Below are positions 56,874 through 59,503 of a DNA stretch of 59,503 bases, piece after piece. Numbering within the stretch: position 1 is the stretch's first letter; the number at the start of each line of letters is the position of its first letter. Made by a program: the position numbers and the translations under genes. This stretch comes from a virus (taxonomy: Duplodnaviria; Caudoviricetes), in the IMG/VR virus record IMGVR_UViG_3300009184_000049, positions 1 through 59,503 of that record; one strand, written 5' to 3'. Below the pieces are notes generated by a model. That model saw only the letters and a list, made by a program, of their open reading frames with translations. It ran no database searches and had not been told where the DNA came from.

Positions 56874-57034
56874 GTACCTATGTACCTATCAAGTCAGTAT
56901 GTGGTGCGGTTAGCACTACCATTGACATCTATGACTATGACCTAAACCCTAATGGGGTTGTGTGTTGTGATAATTGCGAAAGCATACTGTTGTGCCGTAA
57001 GGCTTGGGATTTCTTGTATAAGGTAGGTAAATAA
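56870..57034 (+). CDS. 54-aa Cys-containing early protein (MSTYVPIK...)
   Basis: GAGGGAG SD; ATGA overlap. Confidence 0.6.
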   Translation: MSTYVPIKSVCGAVSTTIDIYDYDLNPNGVVCCDNCESILLCRKAWDFLYKVGK

Positions 57035-57177
57035 TGCCAGTATTTGAGTTCACTACATTCATTGACATTGTTGCTGATAACTATGATGAAGCAATAAACG
57101 AATTTGATTTTAAATTAAAATACGGTGACATAGATAGAAGCACTGTCTATGTCGCAGACATTGAGGAGAAAGAATGA
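57034..57177 (+). CDS. 47-aa acidic early protein (MPVFEFT...)
   Basis: AAGGTAGG SD; TAATG overlap. Confidence 0.6.
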   Translation: MPVFEFTTFIDIVADNYDEAINEFDFKLKYGDIDRSTVYVADIEEKE

Positions 57178-57266
57178 AAACACTTCAAGAAAAATTAGAT
57201 TTAGTTTCTAAAGAATTAGAACCAATACTTTGGGAATTACTAAATGAAATTGAGGAAAATAAATAA
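57174..57266 (+). CDS. 30-aa early peptide (MKTLQEKLD...)
   Basis: GAGGAG SD; ATGA overlap. Confidence 0.55.
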   Translation: MKTLQEKLDLVSKELEPILWELLNEIEENK

Positions 57267-57370
57267 TGAATAACTTTTATCAAACTTTTTTTGTAAGCGG
57301 TAATGCATTGTTTTGGTTTTCTTTTATTTGTTTATTTGCTGGATCTTATTTATTCGTGAAAAGCGAATAA
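57266..57370 (+). CDS. 34-aa single-TM peptide (MNNFYQTF...)
   Basis: GAGGA SD; TAATG overlap. Confidence 0.55.
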   Translation: MNNFYQTFFVSGNALFWFSFICLFAGSYLFVKSE

Positions 57371-57385
57371 ATTTGCACGTCCCGT

Positions 57386-57406
57386 TTATCCACAGGGTGT
57401 GTATAA
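57386..57406. promoter_or_regulatory. inverted pair of DnaA boxes (TTATCCACA-ggg-TGTGTATAA)
   Basis: Both match TTWTNCACA. Confidence 0.65.
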
Positions 57407-57457
57407 CTAATGTGATAAGAAACACACAATTATTTCCCTGATTTACGGCGTGTCGCC

Positions 57458-57486
57458 TTGACTTTTGGGCTTATCTATGCTATACT
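57458..57486 (+). promoter_or_regulatory. sigma-A promoter TTGACT-N17-TATACT preceded by CGGCGTGTCG
   Basis: 23-bp upstream/-35 block repeated exactly at 57659-57681. Confidence 0.8.
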
Positions 57487-57535
57487 TCTCGTATAAAGAA
57501 AATTGAGAAAGGTTCTCAAATTGAAAGGAGTCCAA

Positions 57536-57640
57536 ATGGACTATAACGAATACTATGATGAAATTTATCTAGAAATCTATGAGGAGTTTGGCGCTGAAAG
57601 CGTATCAGACCCAGCATACGCTGAATCTCTAAAAAAGTGA
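57536..57640 (+). CDS. 34-aa acidic Tyr-rich peptide (MDYNEYYDEIY...)
   Basis: GAAAGGAG SD directly after a promoter. Confidence 0.65.
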   Translation: MDYNEYYDEIYLEIYEEFGAESVSDPAYAESLKK

Positions 57641-57672
57641 TGTAAATCACACAACGCCTACGGCGTGTCGCC

Positions 57673-57701
57673 TTGACTTTTCAGGGTATGTGTGATAGTC
57701 T
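57673..57701 (+). promoter_or_regulatory. sigma-A promoter TTGACT-N17-TAGTCT
   Basis: Hexamers, TG extension, upstream GTGTC box and a CRP-like box at 57636-57651. Confidence 0.7.
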
Positions 57702-57803
57702 TACTACATAAGAAAAACTAAATAAAGGACAAATCGGCTAATGAGCCTAAGCAAATAAATGTGACCAGTATCACAATGAGCCTTAGCAAATAAGTAGCCA
57801 AAA

Positions 57804-57825
57804 TGTCAGCCCCTAATGGTAAGAT
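57804..57825 (+). promoter_or_regulatory. TGTCAG-N10-TAAGAT promoter (PafBC-type)
   Basis: Exact N10 spacing; SD-led ORF about 35 nt downstream. Confidence 0.65.
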
Positions 57826-57858
57826 AGTCTTATCAACAAAACGAAAGGAAGTCTAAAA

Positions 57859-58044
57859 ATGACTTACACTATAACACTAGAAACCTTTTCAGGTTCTACA
57901 AAAAAAATCGCTATGCCCTCAAAAGGTGCGGTTGCTCAATTCATCTCAACTTACCCAACTCAATTACCTGTTGGCGTATCTGTAAAAATGTCGTGTGACG
58001 CTTTAGGCGTTAGCGGTGTTCTAAGAGGAACGGCAAAACTCTAA
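57859..58044 (+). CDS. small early protein (paralogue of 55547-55732)
   Basis: GAAAGGA SD. Confidence 0.75.
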   Translation: MTYTITLETFSGSTKKIAMPSKGAVAQFISTYPTQLPVGVSVKMSCDALGVSGVLRGTAKL

Positions 58045-58190
58045 TGATAAATTCAGTAATGACTTTTCCTTGTGATGAGTGCGATGGTTCAGGTCTTGTC
58101 TTTTGGGGTAATGACCTTGACTATGATGTTGAACCTTGCGACTGCGCTCTAACTCCAAACTATAACCACTTCAACCAAACTAACGAATAG
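58044..58190 (+). CDS. 48-aa protein with a CxxCxGxG zinc motif
   Basis: CDECDGSG...CDC; TAATG overlap. Confidence 0.6.
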   Translation: MINSVMTFPCDECDGSGLVFWGNDLDYDVEPCDCALTPNYNHFNQTNE

Positions 58191-58201
58191 GAAATAAATA
58201 A

Positions 58202-58363
58202 ATGAAAACTTGCTCAGTAATGAATTGCGAAAATACTAACCTTGTCTATAGTGGCGTAGATGCCTTTATGCTAGGTGGTATCCCTACAGAAAAGTATTGC
58301 TACACTTGTGCAACCGCTTACCTACAGATTTCTCATAGCGTAGAAAGTTCGGTGTCCCTCTAA
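58202..58363 (+). CDS. 53-aa Cys-containing protein (MKTCSVMNC...CYTC)
   Basis: AGGA SD; coupled to the next gene. Confidence 0.6.
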   Translation: MKTCSVMNCENTNLVYSGVDAFMLGGIPTEKYCYTCATAYLQISHSVESSVSL

Positions 58364-58545
58364 TGATGACCCGTAAAGACTATGTAAAGGTTGCAGAAAT
58401 TCTTTCATCTTTCAAAGATTTGATAGGTGATGAATTTACTTACCACGATTTGGTTGATGAGTTTGCTGCAATGTTTGAAGCAGATAACGAACGATTTGAC
58501 TCTAACCGATTTTTTGACGCTTGCACTAAGGAGTTAGCAAAATGA
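58363..58545 (+). CDS. small protein (MMTRKDY...F.ADN.RFD..RF..AC)
   Basis: Resembles small phage proteins I associate with dATP/dGTP diphosphohydrolase-like annotation; function uncertain. Confidence 0.6.
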   Translation: MMTRKDYVKVAEILSSFKDLIGDEFTYHDLVDEFAAMFEADNERFDSNRFFDACTKELAK

Positions 58546-58694
58546 TTTTAGATACTGGAACACTAATCGCAATTGTAATTGCACTTGCTGGATCATCAAT
58601 AATGATGTTAGTATTTTGGAAACAAAATATAGAACAACAAAAAGAAATTCGCAGACTGCAAATTGCTTTGCGAAATGAACGACTTAAAAAATAA
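58542..58694 (+). CDS. 50-aa single-TM plus coiled-coil protein
   Basis: AAGGAG SD; hydrophobic N-terminus. Confidence 0.6.
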   Translation: MILDTGTLIAIVIALAGSSIMMLVFWKQNIEQQKEIRRLQIALRNERLKK

Positions 58695-58744
58695 AATAAA
58701 TTCCTGAGCAAGAATAAAAACTGCTCACATTTTGGACGTGGGAC

Positions 58745-58765
58745 TTATCCACAGGGTTATCCACA
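58745..58765. promoter_or_regulatory. tandem perfect DnaA boxes TTATCCACA-ggg-TTATCCACA
   Basis: Exact consensus twice; followed by CGACACGCC (58786) and a CRP box (58803-58818). Confidence 0.7.
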
Positions 58766-58859
58766 GGTGTTTAAGAGGTTGTGTACGACACGCCCGAAAT
58801 TTTGTGAGATTTATCACACGACTTGAGCGTCTCAATATTTGGACTTACTGGCTAGTAGG

Positions 58860-58888
58860 TTGATAATTTGTGTCTAATAGGCTAGACT
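58860..58888 (+). promoter_or_regulatory. sigma-A promoter TTGATA-N17-TAGACT
   Basis: Hexamers and spacing. Confidence 0.6.
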
Positions 58889-58920
58889 TACATAGTAAGA
58901 AAAAATAAATAAGCAAGGCT

Positions 58921-58942
58921 TGTCAGACCCCTATGGTAGGAT
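58921..58942 (+). promoter_or_regulatory. TGTCAG-N10-TAGGAT promoter (PafBC-type)
   Basis: Third copy of the motif. Confidence 0.65.
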
Positions 58943-58975
58943 AAAGTTATCAACAAAAAAGAAAGAGGTTGCCCA

Positions 58976-59188
58976 ATGGCTACTAAACTATACACAATAC
59001 CAGACCTACTAATTGGTAAAAACTATCGCTCACGCACTCGCCACTTTGAGGGCGAAATTGTATCAGCCCGACCTGCTCACCCAGCAATTTGGTATGGAGA
59101 AAATACCGAAGCATACCTAATTGAGATAAACTATAAAGGTTCTATCCGAAATAAGTTTGCGACAGTAGCCGTAAAGGTTGGTGAATAA
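58976..59188 (+). CDS. small early protein
   Basis: GAAAGAGG SD. Confidence 0.7.
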   Translation: MATKLYTIPDLLIGKNYRSRTRHFEGEIVSARPAHPAIWYGENTEAYLIEINYKGSIRNKFATVAVKVGE

Positions 59189-59190
59189 TA

Positions 59191-59334
59191 ATGGGATACA
59201 TAGAAATTTTTAGAATGAACGAAAGCGGTGCGGGTTGGGTTGATTTCTCAGACGCAACACCCGATGAACTATTTACTTTGGAAGTGGGCTTACTAAATGA
59301 AGGCGCACTATTTACAACGAAAGAGGCAGACTAA
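59191..59334 (+). CDS. 47-aa acidic early protein (MGYIEIFRM...)
   Basis: Translated by hand; coupled to the next gene. Confidence 0.6.
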   Translation: MGYIEIFRMNESGAGWVDFSDATPDELFTLEVGLLNEGALFTTKEAD

Positions 59335-59503
59335 TGGAATACCTATACGCAGTAACAGTATCGTATGATAGCAAGCCCGTTCATTGGACAGGGCGTTATT
59401 CAGACGCACTATCAGCAGTTAATACTTTTAACAGTTTTGAGGATTGGGGATTTGCTGATGAATATGCTACAGTTAATCTTTCTGAACCTAGTGGCAAAAT
59501 GCA
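59334..59503 (+). CDS. early protein, partial (MEYLYAVTV...)
   Basis: AGAGG SD; open to the window end. Confidence 0.55.
   Translation, partial: MEYLYAVTVSYDSKPVHWTGRYSDALSAVNTFNSFEDWGFADEYATVNLSEPSGKM

Noticed and set aside
1-59503. Genome-wide TAG reassignment (alternative genetic code)
   Set aside because: Long ORFs are intact in code 11 and several genes end properly in TAG; only dnaB is interrupted
53650-59503. tRNA genes in intergenic gaps
   Set aside because: No cloverleaf or T-loop GTTCRA pattern was recognised by eye; tRNAscan-SE would be needed to exclude them

Overview
Fragment of a large, low-GC tailed phage genome, siphovirus-like and most likely infecting Actinobacteria (inferred from gene content, leaderless promoters and actinobacterial regulator motifs). 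Bases 1-54.2 kb are almost all on the minus strand. They hold a DnaB helicase with an internal amber codon, a MerR-like HTH protein, tail-tip genes, a 2943-aa tape measure protein (TMP) with an embedded kinase-like domain, and two paralogous tail chaperones. Next come the major tail, neck, HK97 capsid, protease/scaffold and portal genes, a class II ribonucleotide reductase, and a long fibre/decoration region. That region has two cassettes of the form 'low-complexity surface protein followed by modifying enzymes'. The stronger one is a Pro/Thr-rich (PVAPT)n Cys-rich fibre followed by a sulfotransferase, a prolyl-hydroxylase-like 2OG-Fe(II) oxygenase, a second oxygenase and a GT60 hydroxyproline-GlcNAc-transferase-like enzyme, which together suggest a phage-encoded Hyp-glycosylation/sulfation pathway for a mucin-like virion protein. 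The other is an FN3-(GAF)21-Hint protein followed by a GNAT and two unknowns. From about 55.5 kb a divergent region of tiny, probably early ORFs is driven by composite promoters containing sigma-A, PafBC-type TGTCAG-N10-TAnnnT, CRP/GlxR, DnaA and WhiA-like GACAC elements. All family calls come from motifs read by eye; no searches were run.
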